IMG/VR virus record: IMGVR_UViG_3300020360_000085
Span: 64,001-128,000 of that record
Reading direction: 5' to 3' (one strand)
DNA length: 64,000 nucleotides
DNA from: a virus
Lineage: Duplodnaviria; Caudoviricetes
Of the stretch, positions 1-10,614 are shown piece after piece. The notes under the pieces were generated by a model. That model ran no database searches and was not told where the DNA came from. It saw nothing but the letters and a program-made list of their open reading frames with translations. Every line of letters starts with the position of its first letter. The stretch's first letter is position 1. A program made the translations under genes and the position numbers.

Positions 1-883
1 GTAATTCGTCCATGCTGTCAGCATTTGCACTAACAGTTACACTTGAATCACCTTGTTTTTTAGTTTTACTATAACTTACTCTTTCTGATTCTTCATCTTC
101 ACTAGGCATAGCATATCCAAGGCTTTCATTCTTGATAAAATTAGCCATTTGTTGTTTTGAAGGTTTACCTTGTGGCACATTATCTGCTTGTTGTTTACTT
201 AATATGCGATCAACAACTCCGGGGAATTGTTTTTGTTTATCTAAGCCACCTGCTCTTTGTTGTTGCTTAACCATATCCTGCCCTCTTTTTGTTTGAGCAG
301 TACCTAGTTGTATTTGAATACCTATACTGTTTTGAATTAAATCATTTAATGCTGGAATTGTATCTGTTGGAGGATTTTTGCCTTGCTGTATTCTCTGCAT
401 GGCTCTAATTATGTCGTTTACCTTTTCATTGTCTGGAACAATTTGTTTTATTGCAACACGATCTTGTCCTGTAATTTCTTCCTGAATACTTTCTAAACCA
501 GCCGTTTTTGCTTGTTGTTTAGCCAAGTCTTGACCTCTTCTTGTTTGAGTAACACCTAGTTGTATTTGAATACCTATACTATTCATTATTAGTTTATTAA
601 GTGATTCGGCAAAATTTGCAGGTACACCTCTTTTTTCTTTTAAGAAACTCATTGCTCTAATTACTTCTGTAACTGCTTGTTGATCACCATCAAGTATTTG
701 TGCAAGAGCCACTCTGTTTTTAGAAGTAATTTCACCTTCTGGAGATTTATCTTGTTTACTTGCATCAGATCCTATAGGTCTATCATCTAATGCATCGCCC
801 ATTTCTGGTGATACATTTTGTCCACCGCCCATTGGGACTAAATTTTTATCTGGTGCTTCGCTAATGACATCATTGAGGTTCAT
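1..883 (-). CDS. Hypothetical (likely virion) protein, runs off the left edge; internal ~84-aa duplication
   Basis: Not in ORF track. ATG at 883-881 overlaps the TAA of the upstream gene; frame open to the edge (MNLNDVISEAPDK...); NSIGIQIQLG occurs twice. Confidence 0.8.
   Translation of the reverse strand, partial: MNLNDVISEAPDKNLVPMGGGQNVSPEMGDALDDRPIGSDASKQDKSPEGEITSKNRVALAQILDGDQQAVTEVIRAMSFLKEKRGVPANFAESLNKLIMNSIGIQIQLGVTQTRRGQDLAKQQAKTAGLESIQEEITGQDRVAIKQIVPDNEKVNDIIRAMQRIQQGKNPPTDTIPALNDLIQNSIGIQIQLGTAQTKRGQDMVKQQQRAGGLDKQKQFPGVVDRILSKQQADNVPQGKPSKQQMANFIKNESLGYAMPSEDEESERVSYSKTKKQGDSSVTVSANADSMDEL
302..580. repeat. 27-nt perfect direct repeat (302-328 and 554-580) within the left-edge ORF
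   Basis: acctagttgtatttgaatacctatact twice, 252 nt (84 codons) apart. Confidence 0.9.
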
Positions 884-1602
884 TATACAATTCCTCCAGC
901 ACCTCTTGATTGTGATACTCTGGAAACTTCTTTAGAACTTTCACTACCTTTACCCATATTAACACCTTTTGTAAGATCATCATATGTTGGTAGTAGATCG
1001 TTACCCATTAATTCATCTTTTGTAGGATATCTACGGAAGTAGTCTGCACCTTTTTCTGCTTTAATTTTTTGTAACTCATCTAAAAACTTTTTATTGTACT
1101 CTTCACCAAACAATGCTTCATTAAAATCAAGATCTTGATTTTCCATTTCATAATGTTCAAATGCATCGTCGCCATCTTTTAAATCCATATTTTCAGGATC
1201 TATATCAACAACTCTGTCTTCATTATTTGCCATTCTTTCTGCTTGGATATCTGCTTCTAATCTTCTAGGTTCTTTAACACCATAACATAAAACTCTTTCA
1301 TGATCTAAACCAAGATTAACTGCTAACCAAACTTCAAGTATTCTTTCATTGACTGGGTATTTTAAAACAACATCTGAACTGCATACTTCTGATGTAAATT
1401 GTACACCTTTAGCACGGTAAAATTCCATTGGATTTTCTTCTATTGGAGTTCTTTTAAAAGGTGTAGCACTAACTAAATTGTATTTTGCTAAACACTTCTC
1501 GATAATATCCATATGATCTGACCCACAGTCAGACGCAATTTTAACTCTGTATCCGTACTCTTTACTAAATGCTTCTGCGATGTATTGTTTTAATTCTGTC
1601 AT
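883..1602 (-). CDS. Hypothetical structural-region protein
   Basis: 239-aa ORF, GGAG SD, GATAAATA box at 1628-1635. Confidence 0.75.
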   Translation of the reverse strand: MTELKQYIAEAFSKEYGYRVKIASDCGSDHMDIIEKCLAKYNLVSATPFKRTPIEENPMEFYRAKGVQFTSEVCSSDVVLKYPVNERILEVWLAVNLGLDHERVLCYGVKEPRRLEADIQAERMANNEDRVVDIDPENMDLKDGDDAFEHYEMENQDLDFNEALFGEEYNKKFLDELQKIKAEKGADYFRRYPTKDELMGNDLLPTYDDLTKGVNMGKGSESSKEVSRVSQSRGAGGIV

Positions 1603-1633
1603 ATCGAAAACTCCAAATATACATTGTTATTTA

Positions 1634-2116
1634 TCATTTCTTGTCATTTTCACCTTTTATTATTTTTAAAAGATCGTTACGATCAAATACTGTAGCAGAA
1701 ACTCCCTCTGTTTCACCTGAACCTTTGTCACTAAATTTGTCTATTCTTGCTTTTTTAAGCATAAGATCTATTTGTTGTAACTTGGCTTTTGTTTTGGCAT
1801 CACTGGCATCTAAGGCGATTTTAAGCATATTACTTGCTTCTGCAAATACTTTGCCTGCCGCCATATCACTTACATTCATACCTAGTTGCATTAACTGTTC
1901 ATAACTTTCAACAGCCATTTTAGCAATATCATTCATTTCGCCTTCATGATCCTCTAGACCTTTTATTTCTTTAAAGGCGGCATTTATTTTTTCGCTAACA
2001 CTTAATGCGTTTTGAGTTTCTTCTATTTCTGCTTCTGTTTCAACAATGGTTGGTTCTGTTTTAGTAACTTCTTCTATAGGGGGCAGATTAAACTCTTCTT
2101 CTAGTTTCTTTGTCAT
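1634..2116 (-). CDS. Possible terminase small subunit (gp16-like)
   Basis: 160-aa helical protein; ESYEQLMQLG...GKVFAEASNMLKIALDA resembles the T4-like TerS core; next to gp4. Confidence 0.5.
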   Translation of the reverse strand: MTKKLEEEFNLPPIEEVTKTEPTIVETEAEIEETQNALSVSEKINAAFKEIKGLEDHEGEMNDIAKMAVESYEQLMQLGMNVSDMAAGKVFAEASNMLKIALDASDAKTKAKLQQIDLMLKKARIDKFSDKGSGETEGVSATVFDRNDLLKIIKGENDKK

Positions 2117-2127
2117 AATAGTATTTA

Positions 2128-2595
2128 TTACTTGCGTTTTCTAGCAACACGTTGTTTAGGCTTACGAGGTTTGTTGTTTTTAAATATTTGATCTTCGTTT
2201 ATAACTTTAAAGCGAATACCTTTACGTTGACACCATTCTTGAGCCGCTGTCCACTTTGCGGCATTTAAGGCCGTTTGCATAGCATCTCCACGGCTTCTGG
2301 CGTTTTTAAGGCTGGTTTGAGTACTGGGTTTTATCTCTATAAGTTCCACATGTTGAGAACCGTTTTTGTCTGTATATTGCACCATAAAATCAGGCACATA
2401 ATTATGATATTTTCCATCTAAAGGACTTCTGTAAGGTATTTTTACATTCTCACTTGCCCATTTAGTTATGTTAGGATGATTATCGCACATACGCATAAAT
2501 GCAAGTTCCCAACTGCTCCTGTATGTGGGCTCTTTTTTTCCTACGTATTTTGTTGCCTCTTTAACGACATACTTACCTTGCATAAACTTTTTCAT
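2128..2595 (-). CDS. gp4: Head completion protein, TnsA-like PD-(D/E)xK fold
   Basis: QGKY...KY.G....YRSSWE...W.SE...IPY......H.Y.PDF...ELIEIKP motifs. Confidence 0.9.
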   Translation of the reverse strand: MKKFMQGKYVVKEATKYVGKKEPTYRSSWELAFMRMCDNHPNITKWASENVKIPYRSPLDGKYHNYVPDFMVQYTDKNGSQHVELIEIKPSTQTSLKNARSRGDAMQTALNAAKWTAAQEWCQRKGIRFKVINEDQIFKNNKPRKPKQRVARKRK

Positions 2596-2596
2596 G

Positions 2597-3037
2597 TTAT
2601 GCCTTAATTATGTCTGTTAATCTGCTGTTAGAATTTTTTAATGGTGATACTAAATTGACTCTACTTCCTGTGGGTCTTAATGCGTTAATGGCATCATAGG
2701 CATCTTTGGTTATTTTAAGGGTATTTGTAGATAATTCAAAAAATTCAAATGGATGAACATTTTGTTTTTCTGCTACTTGATAAAGTACAATACTTAAAGC
2801 ATTTGCATTTGCTTGGCTAAAGCCTGAACTCAAAAGTCTCATTTTTATTTGTTCTAATAACGGACCATTAATATGCTCTAGTATATTTTCATCTGTAAAA
2901 CTACCAAGTATTTGTGAAGAAGCCTGAGGCACAGGAAAGTCTACTGTACTATTTTTTATAAAAATTGTAAGCATTTCATTTAGTAATGTAATGTCTTGTT
3001 CATTACCAAAAGTTTCATATAAACTTTGACTAGCCAT
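2597..3037 (-). CDS. Hypothetical protein
   Basis: 146-aa ORF coupled to neighbours in the tail operon. Confidence 0.7.
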   Translation of the reverse strand: MASQSLYETFGNEQDITLLNEMLTIFIKNSTVDFPVPQASSQILGSFTDENILEHINGPLLEQIKMRLLSSGFSQANANALSIVLYQVAEKQNVHPFEFFELSTNTLKITKDAYDAINALRPTGSRVNLVSPLKNSNSRLTDIIKA

Positions 3038-4295
3038 CTGGTGAATCTCCTAAATTACTATCAGAGCCTGTATCTATACGTTTTGCTTTTCCATCAAAGA
3101 TATCTCCCTCAACTGGGTTTTGTAATCCTTGAGTGATTTCGTTAAACAGTCCGCCTGTTAATGCATCTTTGATATCTCCACCATTAACTGCGGCACTAAG
3201 GCCTTTATCTAATATTCTGCCAAAAGGATTATCACTTAAGAAATCACTAGCCTTATCTAAAATACTTCCTTCATCAACTTCTCTGGATTCTGCAGGAGTA
3301 TAAGTTGGATTAGATGAGGTACCTAAATTAGAATCGCCTGTTACAAACTTGTTGTCTTTTCCTACATTTTCACCTGCATCGCCAAATTGGGTGTGTATTT
3401 GTGGATGACGTTCTCTGCCCATTACACTTCGCATAGTTGTAGGTTCTGTAATAGCAATTGGTTTTTTATCTCCAGCATATCTGCCTGGAAGATTAACATT
3501 ATCCATTCTTTCAAATCTGGATAAATCTTGCTCACTTAATTTGAAATTTAATTGATCATGTACTGTAAAATATTCATATGCTACTTGTATTTGAATATCT
3601 TTGAATCCACTGTCTGCATAGTCTATATCACCAAAATTAATACTGGTAATAATAGGATTCGCTAAACTGTACTGCACACCTGTATTACCATGATACATAA
3701 TCATATCGATTCTTTCAAAGAAGTAAGGTGTTTCTCTTTGGGTATAACCAAATGCATCTGGATTGTAACCTTTAGTACTGGAGTCAGTTCCAAATTTACT
3801 TTCGCTATTATACTTTTTAACATTTTCCAAAAGCATATCATGAGCTATGTCTCTTGTTTTAAACTTATCTGGATCGCTAGCCGATGTAAATTTACCACTT
3901 CCTTCTTCATGTTTACTTGTTGAATCAGCAAAACTATATGTGAAATATTTCATTAACATTACTAGCCATTCGTTCTGAATGGTATCAAATAATGTTATTC
4001 CAACTGGAGCATATTCTCTGCCACTTGTAACAATTCTTTTCTGATTAAATGCGTTTACTACTTGTGTTTGTATTTGCACTTCAGGTAACTGAGCCGTTCT
4101 AACAAGAGAACTTAATCTGGTTCGTAAATTTATATTATCCTCGAGGAATGTGCCTAACAATGCTCTGTTAGGTACAAAATTTATATATCCCTCAAACTTT
4201 TGTCGCGGGGGTGCGACATCTGGTCTAAAATGATAGGCGTTGCGGAAGTCCTTTAAATAGAAATTCCGCCCGCCTCCGAATTTAAGAAACTGCAT
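3030..4295 (-). CDS. Tail tube-fold protein (gp19/gp54-like paralog) with C-terminal extension
   Basis: LVRTAQLPEVQIQTQVVNAFNQKRIV..GREYAPVGITLFD and F..I.IQVAYEYF resemble the tube fold; downstream of gp19. Confidence 0.6.
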   Translation of the reverse strand: MQFLKFGGGRNFYLKDFRNAYHFRPDVAPPRQKFEGYINFVPNRALLGTFLEDNINLRTRLSSLVRTAQLPEVQIQTQVVNAFNQKRIVTSGREYAPVGITLFDTIQNEWLVMLMKYFTYSFADSTSKHEEGSGKFTSASDPDKFKTRDIAHDMLLENVKKYNSESKFGTDSSTKGYNPDAFGYTQRETPYFFERIDMIMYHGNTGVQYSLANPIITSINFGDIDYADSGFKDIQIQVAYEYFTVHDQLNFKLSEQDLSRFERMDNVNLPGRYAGDKKPIAITEPTTMRSVMGRERHPQIHTQFGDAGENVGKDNKFVTGDSNLGTSSNPTYTPAESREVDEGSILDKASDFLSDNPFGRILDKGLSAAVNGGDIKDALTGGLFNEITQGLQNPVEGDIFDGKAKRIDTGSDSNLGDSPDG

Positions 4296-4316
4296 CAGGC
4301 ACTCCTAAACCTTAGA

Positions 4317-4955
4317 TTAACCTAAAATTGTTGAGCCTACGTCTACTGTTTCTGGGAATGGGTTTCCGCCTACAGTTCTACCATTAACATCGTTATCACC
4401 TTCAAAGTGTACGGCGTTATCGTATCTGATCTGCATGATCACCTGTACTGGATCACTTGCTGAATAGTCTGAGTCACTGTAGTCAACGTTTGTTAAGAAA
4501 CAACCTTCAAGGAACCAAACTTCCGATGCACCTGCGTTGACACCATCTAAAACTTCGATTTGGCAATCGAATTTGTAATCACTACCTGAAGCAGGAGTTG
4601 ATTGTTGGAAATGGTTCAATTGTCTTTGGACTTGGGCACCAACAAGTTTTGTTACTTGGTTTTGTATATCATCCCTTACAGTAAGAGTAATTTGTTCCCA
4701 TGCATGTTTTCCTTGAACATAGATTCTGGAGTTGTAACTATCAATAATTTGCTCTTCGTAACTAATTTTTGGTCTACTTACGTTTTGCACATTTTGAGTA
4801 AGTACTTTAGTTTCATTACTTCCACCAAAGTTGTTAAGCAAACTCACACGGAATCTATATTTAAGTTTTGGCATAAGTACACCAGAACCAGTATTACCGG
4901 TTAAGGGTACACCAAATTTACTTTTAGTTTCTGTTGTTGCACTATCTACTGCCAT
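4317..4955 (-). CDS. gp19: Tail tube protein
   Basis: PKLKYRFRV, V.RPK...E, G...WE.ITLT.RDD, W.LEGCF, I.MQIRYDNA; directly after the sheath. Confidence 0.85.
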   Translation of the reverse strand: MAVDSATTETKSKFGVPLTGNTGSGVLMPKLKYRFRVSLLNNFGGSNETKVLTQNVQNVSRPKISYEEQIIDSYNSRIYVQGKHAWEQITLTVRDDIQNQVTKLVGAQVQRQLNHFQQSTPASGSDYKFDCQIEVLDGVNAGASEVWFLEGCFLTNVDYSDSDYSASDPVQVIMQIRYDNAVHFEGDNDVNGRTVGGNPFPETVDVGSTILG

Positions 4956-5004
4956 GTTGTTCTCCTAGAACTTAATTAATTAAAGTTCGACTTTAATATA
5001 CGAA

Positions 5005-5012
5005 TATTTATC
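5005..5012 (-). promoter_or_regulatory. Late promoter box GATAAATA for tail tube gene
   Basis: T4 late-box-like; lies between the sheath terminator and gp19. Confidence 0.7.
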
Positions 5013-5055
5013 TGATCTTAGTAAAAAATATTAACTATAGTTTTAATTCTCTCAC

Positions 5056-5080
5056 AAAAAAGGGCGGAAAAACCGCCCTT
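5056..5080 (-). terminator. Rho-independent terminator after tail sheath
   Basis: aagggcgg-aaaaa-ccgccctt stem with U-tract on the minus strand. Confidence 0.9.
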
Positions 5081-5100
5081 CTATGTATTTAAATTACTGC

Positions 5101-7905
5101 TTAACCAGTTTGTCCCAATGTGTTTTGGATTCTGATAGGTATGTAAATGAACTCAACTGCTTTGACTGGCTGTATCGCTATGTCAATGTGTAATTCATTT
5201 CTATCAATTCTTGCTGGTGTATTGTTTGTAGTATCACAAACTGTGATAAAGTCAAACAATCCTCTCTGAGCAACAAGTTCGCCAAGTAGTCTATCAACTA
5301 CTGTTTTTGCGTTTGCTCTTGTTACTTCGTCGTTTGGTTCAAACAAGAATGGTTTTACTGCGTCGTCTAATTGTTCACGTAGGTAAACTACTAGTCTTGC
5401 AACGTTTATTCTATCCAATGCACTTGATACAGGATTAAGTGTTTTCTGTCCAAATACTGCTAGTCCTCTTCCAGGGAAGTTTCCAATTGGATTTACTTTG
5501 TTGGAATATAAACTATCTCTTTGTCCTTCACTTAATGCTACTGGTTCAAATTCGCTAGTTGTTGCATTTAGGTAACCAACTGATGTTGCATTATTAACAA
5601 GTCCTCTTTGGAACCCTGCTGGTGCAAACCAAGGGAAAGCCACTTGGTCGTTAAATGCTAACGTTCTTAGTGCCATATGTGATGCTGGAACCATTACACT
5701 AGTACCATCAAGGTTTGTAGTCAAACCATGTGGGTAGTAAACAGCCGCATAAGAATCACTTGTTACTAATCCGTCTTCACCGTTTTCACCTGCATTATTG
5801 CTATTTGTTGCCCAATTTTGTGTACTTGTGGCATCTGGCGCCAATCTAAATGGAGCATCTATAACACTAAATACAGTATTTTTTCTATCTGTACCTACAG
5901 TTATCATTTCATCTGTTAGTTCAGGATATCCTGGAACTGCCATAATATTGAAACGATTTGTTTCATTTCTAATATCTTGATTACTTGAAATAACTGATGC
6001 TAATGCATTTACAATAACACGTCTTTGTGCTTTTCTAAGCATAAATGGTGAGCCATCTGTTTTTTGACCGCTCTCATCTTCCCATAAACCTGTTGTTGTA
6101 TTATATTTTTTAACATTACCTGAACTTAACAATTTGTTCCAACCTAAAATATTTGCTGGAAAACTTGTTGATGCCGGTGCGGCAGATATCAAAGTGTTAC
6201 TAGAACTTGAATTTCTAAAATCTGCAAACACAACACCATCTGGACTATGCTGGTCAGCATTGTCTAATAGTACCCAAGCACTAGAGGCTCTTTTGTAAAT
6301 TCTAGGATAATTTTCTAGATCACTACCATCTACCCAAATGTCACCGTCTACTAATGAACTTACGCCATCTGATTGTAAAGTTGGTGCTGAACCTTTAACT
6401 TGTACGTCCTTGTTGTAAGGTTCCCAACCTGTTGTAGGATGGTTATATAAAATATCAACGTTTTCTGTGCTTACAGTACTGTTGTACCATAATGTTCCGT
6501 CTGCTAAACTGCCTGTAATAGCATTTGCACTTGAAGTAAAACTTAATTTTTCAAAGTTACTGTAAGGTGCTGAACTATCTAAAGCAAGATTGGCCGCTGT
6601 GAAACCAGATACATTACCGTCTATAACTAAGACATCTGTACCTGCACTATTAACTAATTGAATTTTACCTGCATTGTTAGAAGCAACCACTGTATTTGCA
6701 AAAGTTAATGATGAGTTCGAAGCGGTTAAGGCCGCATTTATATCTTGAACCATGTCATCAACACTTGCATTACCGTCTGCATCACCGTCTGTAGTAAATG
6801 TAACATCTACATTTGAACCGCTATTGATTCTTAATGAGACACTAATTTTACCACTATGTGGTGCAACTGTTACTGCTGTATCACTAACTACTGCATTTCC
6901 TAATGCTGTAACACTTGATCCGCCATTATGACGTTTTGGTGTAACACTTGCTGTACCATCTTGCTCATTTGCACCTTCTCCAGAAACATCAAAATAAATG
7001 TCTCCAAGTACAGGATTAGCACCGTGTCTAGCAGGTGAAAATGCTGATGCCATTAACACACCTGATTCTACAGTTTGTGCTGTAAATTGTGCTGTTGAAC
7101 TGCTATACAGTTTTAATGAGAATGTAGATCCATTACTTAATGAATTTAATTGTAGGAATACATCTCCTGATTGTAAAGCACCACCACCTTGTCTTGTTGC
7201 TGGTAAATCTGCATTGGTACCTATTTGGAAATCTGCAGAAGATGTTCTTGTTGCCCATCCTGTGCTACCTATAACGTCCCAATTACTTGTTGTTGTTTTT
7301 TGATAAACTTTAAATGTTGCTAATGTGTTTCCTGAAACATCGAAATAAACAACAGCATAATCGCCGTTTTGTCCATAACCTGTTTTTGGTGTACCGTCAG
7401 ATGCTAAATCTGTACTTGCTGGAACTTTTACAGTTTGTCTAGCATAACTAGAGCCATCGTATTTTTTAATTCCAATTACTGTACTTGCAGTATCTAACCA
7501 ATATGATCCGTCTGCTGGAGCAGTTGTAGGTGCTGTTGCACTAGCCGTTAAGGCATTTAAATCTATATTTGCTCTTAAAACGTATGCACTATTGGCTACA
7601 CCAAGAAAACTATAAGCCGCAAGTAGTCCATATTCATTTTGCTCGTTACCATGTAACTGAGTTCCTCCACTTGTTTTAAATACAGGATTACCATACTGTT
7701 GTAATAGTTCTCTCTGACTTGAAATTTTGTAGAGTTTGTCTGCTTTTGCTAGAGATGTGTAACCTGCAGTACCTGAACCGTCTGGACTCGATTTGTCTTG
7801 AGCCGTTGCGATTACTATAAGGGGTACTGAACCTGCACCAGCCGGGGAATAAAAACTTTCGTCTGATACACTTACACTAACTCCAGGTGAAACTAATGTT
7901 GCCAT
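5101..7905 (-). CDS. gp18: Tail sheath protein with large insertion domains
   Basis: LVSPGVSV N-terminus; WFAPAGFQRG, LYSNKVNPI, GQKTL, RINVARL, FLFEPND, PVKAVEFIYIP C-terminal motifs. Confidence 0.97.
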   Translation of the reverse strand: MATLVSPGVSVSVSDESFYSPAGAGSVPLIVIATAQDKSSPDGSGTAGYTSLAKADKLYKISSQRELLQQYGNPVFKTSGGTQLHGNEQNEYGLLAAYSFLGVANSAYVLRANIDLNALTASATAPTTAPADGSYWLDTASTVIGIKKYDGSSYARQTVKVPASTDLASDGTPKTGYGQNGDYAVVYFDVSGNTLATFKVYQKTTTSNWDVIGSTGWATRTSSADFQIGTNADLPATRQGGGALQSGDVFLQLNSLSNGSTFSLKLYSSSTAQFTAQTVESGVLMASAFSPARHGANPVLGDIYFDVSGEGANEQDGTASVTPKRHNGGSSVTALGNAVVSDTAVTVAPHSGKISVSLRINSGSNVDVTFTTDGDADGNASVDDMVQDINAALTASNSSLTFANTVVASNNAGKIQLVNSAGTDVLVIDGNVSGFTAANLALDSSAPYSNFEKLSFTSSANAITGSLADGTLWYNSTVSTENVDILYNHPTTGWEPYNKDVQVKGSAPTLQSDGVSSLVDGDIWVDGSDLENYPRIYKRASSAWVLLDNADQHSPDGVVFADFRNSSSSNTLISAAPASTSFPANILGWNKLLSSGNVKKYNTTTGLWEDESGQKTDGSPFMLRKAQRRVIVNALASVISSNQDIRNETNRFNIMAVPGYPELTDEMITVGTDRKNTVFSVIDAPFRLAPDATSTQNWATNSNNAGENGEDGLVTSDSYAAVYYPHGLTTNLDGTSVMVPASHMALRTLAFNDQVAFPWFAPAGFQRGLVNNATSVGYLNATTSEFEPVALSEGQRDSLYSNKVNPIGNFPGRGLAVFGQKTLNPVSSALDRINVARLVVYLREQLDDAVKPFLFEPNDEVTRANAKTVVDRLLGELVAQRGLFDFITVCDTTNNTPARIDRNELHIDIAIQPVKAVEFIYIPIRIQNTLGQTG

Positions 7906-7939
7906 ATTTCTCTCCTATTAATAAAGATTTTCTTATATG

Positions 7940-7947
7940 TATTTATC
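7940..7947 (-). promoter_or_regulatory. Late promoter box GATAAATA for sheath gene
   Basis: Box 34 nt upstream of the ATG, followed by an AGGAG SD. Confidence 0.7.
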
Positions 7948-7997
7948 TTTTTTTAGGATTATTGGGTATTTAAGGAATTATAACGTATTAGGCAATA

Positions 7998-8660
7998 TTA
8001 TACAATTTTAAGATGTTCTTTAAATTTGCCTGTTTTCCAGTCTCTAATACTGTCTATTTGCTTAGAAAGATCTTCTAAAGTGCCATTATTATCAATTATA
8101 TAGTCTACAGGATATCCTGCCCAGTTCCATTCACTTTCATGAACATCTCTGTACTTGGTTTCCATGATTTTTCTGTTTACAACATTTTCATGAGCAGTTT
8201 TGGCTACTTCGAACCATTCAGGTAACTCTCCACGTTGTACCCAAATAACTACTCCGCCCATACTTTTTATAAGATCTAATTCATTTCTAAATCTTGCATC
8301 ACTTATAACAGTACAAGGTGCATTATTACTTTGTTTTCTAATTCTATATTCTAAACTATTAATCCAGATATCAGGTGCAAAATGATTACGCATTACTTCA
8401 GTACCCATTAATTGTAATGCTAACCTTGGAGTAAAATTAGGTACTCCTAATTTTTTAGTCCAAAACATATCTGGTATTTCACGGAAATCTCTGCTTTCAA
8501 CAGTATCTCCTTCAAGCATGTCTCTAGGCCATCCAAAAATACTAGCACATACATCTTTAACTGGAGAAGCAAAACTATCATGGGAACACCCACGTTCTAC
8601 AAACATATTGGCTACTGTATCTTTGCCACTGCCTATAAAACCCGTAATCCCTATTAGCAT
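7998..8660 (-). CDS. gp1: Deoxynucleoside monophosphate kinase
   Basis: IGITGFIGSGKDTVA P-loop, SFASPVKD, PR..LQ.MGTE, VISD.RF.NE, HESE. Confidence 0.9.
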   Translation of the reverse strand: MLIGITGFIGSGKDTVANMFVERGCSHDSFASPVKDVCASIFGWPRDMLEGDTVESRDFREIPDMFWTKKLGVPNFTPRLALQLMGTEVMRNHFAPDIWINSLEYRIRKQSNNAPCTVISDARFRNELDLIKSMGGVVIWVQRGELPEWFEVAKTAHENVVNRKIMETKYRDVHESEWNWAGYPVDYIIDNNGTLEDLSKQIDSIRDWKTGKFKEHLKIV

Positions 8661-8661
8661 A

Positions 8662-9423
8662 TTATCCTATAACGAAGTTAAGAGGAATATTACCCTCTTC
8701 CATATTGTGAATACTGTCTCTGAAACTTTGCATTTCAGTTTGTGCTTCTGATTTTAGTGCCTCACCATTTAACTGAATAGCACCTCCGGCTCCTGGTAAT
8801 CCTGATTGATACTTACTTCTTGCTTCTCCTAAAGTATATTTAGAAAGTGCTAATGAGTATCCTGATAACCAGTTTGCGGCATATACATCTTTAAGCAATA
8901 TAGACTCTGGAATAAACATATACACACCAACTGCTATATCTTCTTCATGCCTAACATTTCTTAAAATTTTAAGTTGTTTTGTGTTTCTATTCCATATAAA
9001 ATTGTATTCACTACCAAAAATTCTTCCTATTGTTTCCTTGTATTGTGCAAATGCATCAAACACCGCAAGACCTCCAATTTGTCCTGCTTGTAACATATAC
9101 ATATTATTAAATGCAACATCAAATGGATCAAAGTTAGTACCACCACCACTGTTGGTACCTATACCTCTTCTGTAAAGGCGCCTAACTTCCATAACCTCAT
9201 CTGGTAAAGTGTATTCTGTTACATCTGTTTTTGTTTGGAAAAAGATAACACTTTCCTCTACACTACCAGCACTCAACTGTCTGTAAAGGGCGATTGCTTT
9301 ATCTATCGCTACATCATAGTGTTCTCTATCCAATTCTACATCTATAATACCGTCGCCAAGACGAATTTGTAACTCTTTTATAAGTTCTTCTCGGCTGTTA
9401 TATCCTATCTGATCTTTTGGCAT
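8662..9423 (-). CDS. gp13: Neck protein / head-tail adaptor
   Basis: LGDGIIDVEL, LPDEVMEV, LGEARSKY, LPG.GG.IQLNG motifs. Confidence 0.85.
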   Translation of the reverse strand: MPKDQIGYNSREELIKELQIRLGDGIIDVELDREHYDVAIDKAIALYRQLSAGSVEESVIFFQTKTDVTEYTLPDEVMEVRRLYRRGIGTNSGGGTNFDPFDVAFNNMYMLQAGQIGGLAVFDAFAQYKETIGRIFGSEYNFIWNRNTKQLKILRNVRHEEDIAVGVYMFIPESILLKDVYAANWLSGYSLALSKYTLGEARSKYQSGLPGAGGAIQLNGEALKSEAQTEMQSFRDSIHNMEEGNIPLNFVIG

Positions 9424-9446
9424 ACTACTATTTATCGTTTTTTGTA

Positions 9447-10607
9447 TTAAAATGCTTTAAGAATGATAGTGTTATCATTTATTCTGCCGTTCATTTTAAT
9501 TGGTGTTGTTTTTAATTCATCAAACGATTTAGCAAATTTTGTTTTGGCTTTGCCTGTCCAATTAGTAATTTGCTCTTTAGGTTTACGCAAAGTTTTTTGT
9601 AAACTACTTTTAGTACAAAAATCTTGTATAGTAGTACCTTTTATCATTAATCCTGCACTAGGTCTAGAAAGTCCTCTTGGGTCTTTACTTAAAGCATGAT
9701 ATACACCTATCTTTCTAGTTTTAGTATTATACACCCATAACTCATTACAATTTACTATATCTGTAGGATGGATACTTGCTACTCCAAGTTCACTATCATT
9801 AATTTGATATTTTAATTTTTTAACGATTGTTTCTTTACTTCTTGCTCTTGGCTTACGAGACTTTCTTGTTGACTTTTTAGTTTCTATAATTGTATCACAT
9901 GCAGTATTAATTTTTTCAAAAAATGCTACAAAGTCTTTTCTCATTTTAGCAGACATATGACTATATGCTTCTTTAATTTGATCATCCTTCCATTCCTGAA
10001 CTTCTAATGCTTCATTATATTCATTTTCAAATTCTTCTTTTATAATTTTAGCATGATTGGCTTTTACTTCAGGTTGATAAACGAGCATGTCCTCGTAAGG
10101 TTTAAATTCTTTAAGTGTTAATTTTTCATCAGTTAATGAGTCTAATTTATATTCCCATTCTGCACACAAGGCCTCTACTTGTTGTTTCATTCTTTCCTGT
10201 ATGCTAATTACCTTTTTAGGTTTTTCTTCTGCTTTCTTTTGTTTTTCTTTAATAAATTCTTTACCACGTTTAAGCCATTCTTCTTTCCTTTTTTCATAAT
10301 GGCCTTTCGTACCCTCAGGCATATATCCTAATTTATATTCTACAAATAATGCAATACCAGAAGAAGCAAATGCCCAATCAGGGTTATTTAAAATAATTTT
10401 TATTTCTTCTTTAGTCCAACCTGATTTTTCTTTTACCCAATGCTTGGCCGCATTTACCATTTTCTTTCTGGATATTTCTGTTCTAACAAAATATTCACAA
10501 CTATTAAATGCTTGTATTTGTTTTTCAGGGTCAGTAATTTCCCGTAGAGTCTTCCAATCAGGCTCTTTTGTAATGTATATGCTTCTTTCTTTCTTTTTTC
10601 GTGGCAT
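9447..10607 (-). CDS. Hypothetical basic protein
   Basis: Long ORF; start moved to MPRKKK at 10607 to avoid overlap with the upstream gene. Confidence 0.7.
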   Translation of the reverse strand: MPRKKKERSIYITKEPDWKTLREITDPEKQIQAFNSCEYFVRTEISRKKMVNAAKHWVKEKSGWTKEEIKIILNNPDWAFASSGIALFVEYKLGYMPEGTKGHYEKRKEEWLKRGKEFIKEKQKKAEEKPKKVISIQERMKQQVEALCAEWEYKLDSLTDEKLTLKEFKPYEDMLVYQPEVKANHAKIIKEEFENEYNEALEVQEWKDDQIKEAYSHMSAKMRKDFVAFFEKINTACDTIIETKKSTRKSRKPRARSKETIVKKLKYQINDSELGVASIHPTDIVNCNELWVYNTKTRKIGVYHALSKDPRGLSRPSAGLMIKGTTIQDFCTKSSLQKTLRKPKEQITNWTGKAKTKFAKSFDELKTTPIKMNGRINDNTIILKAF

Positions 10608-10614
10608 CTGTGTC

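Noticed and set aside
302-580. Possible CRISPR array from the 27-nt repeat
   Set aside because: Only two copies, 225-nt in-frame coding spacer, no cas genes.
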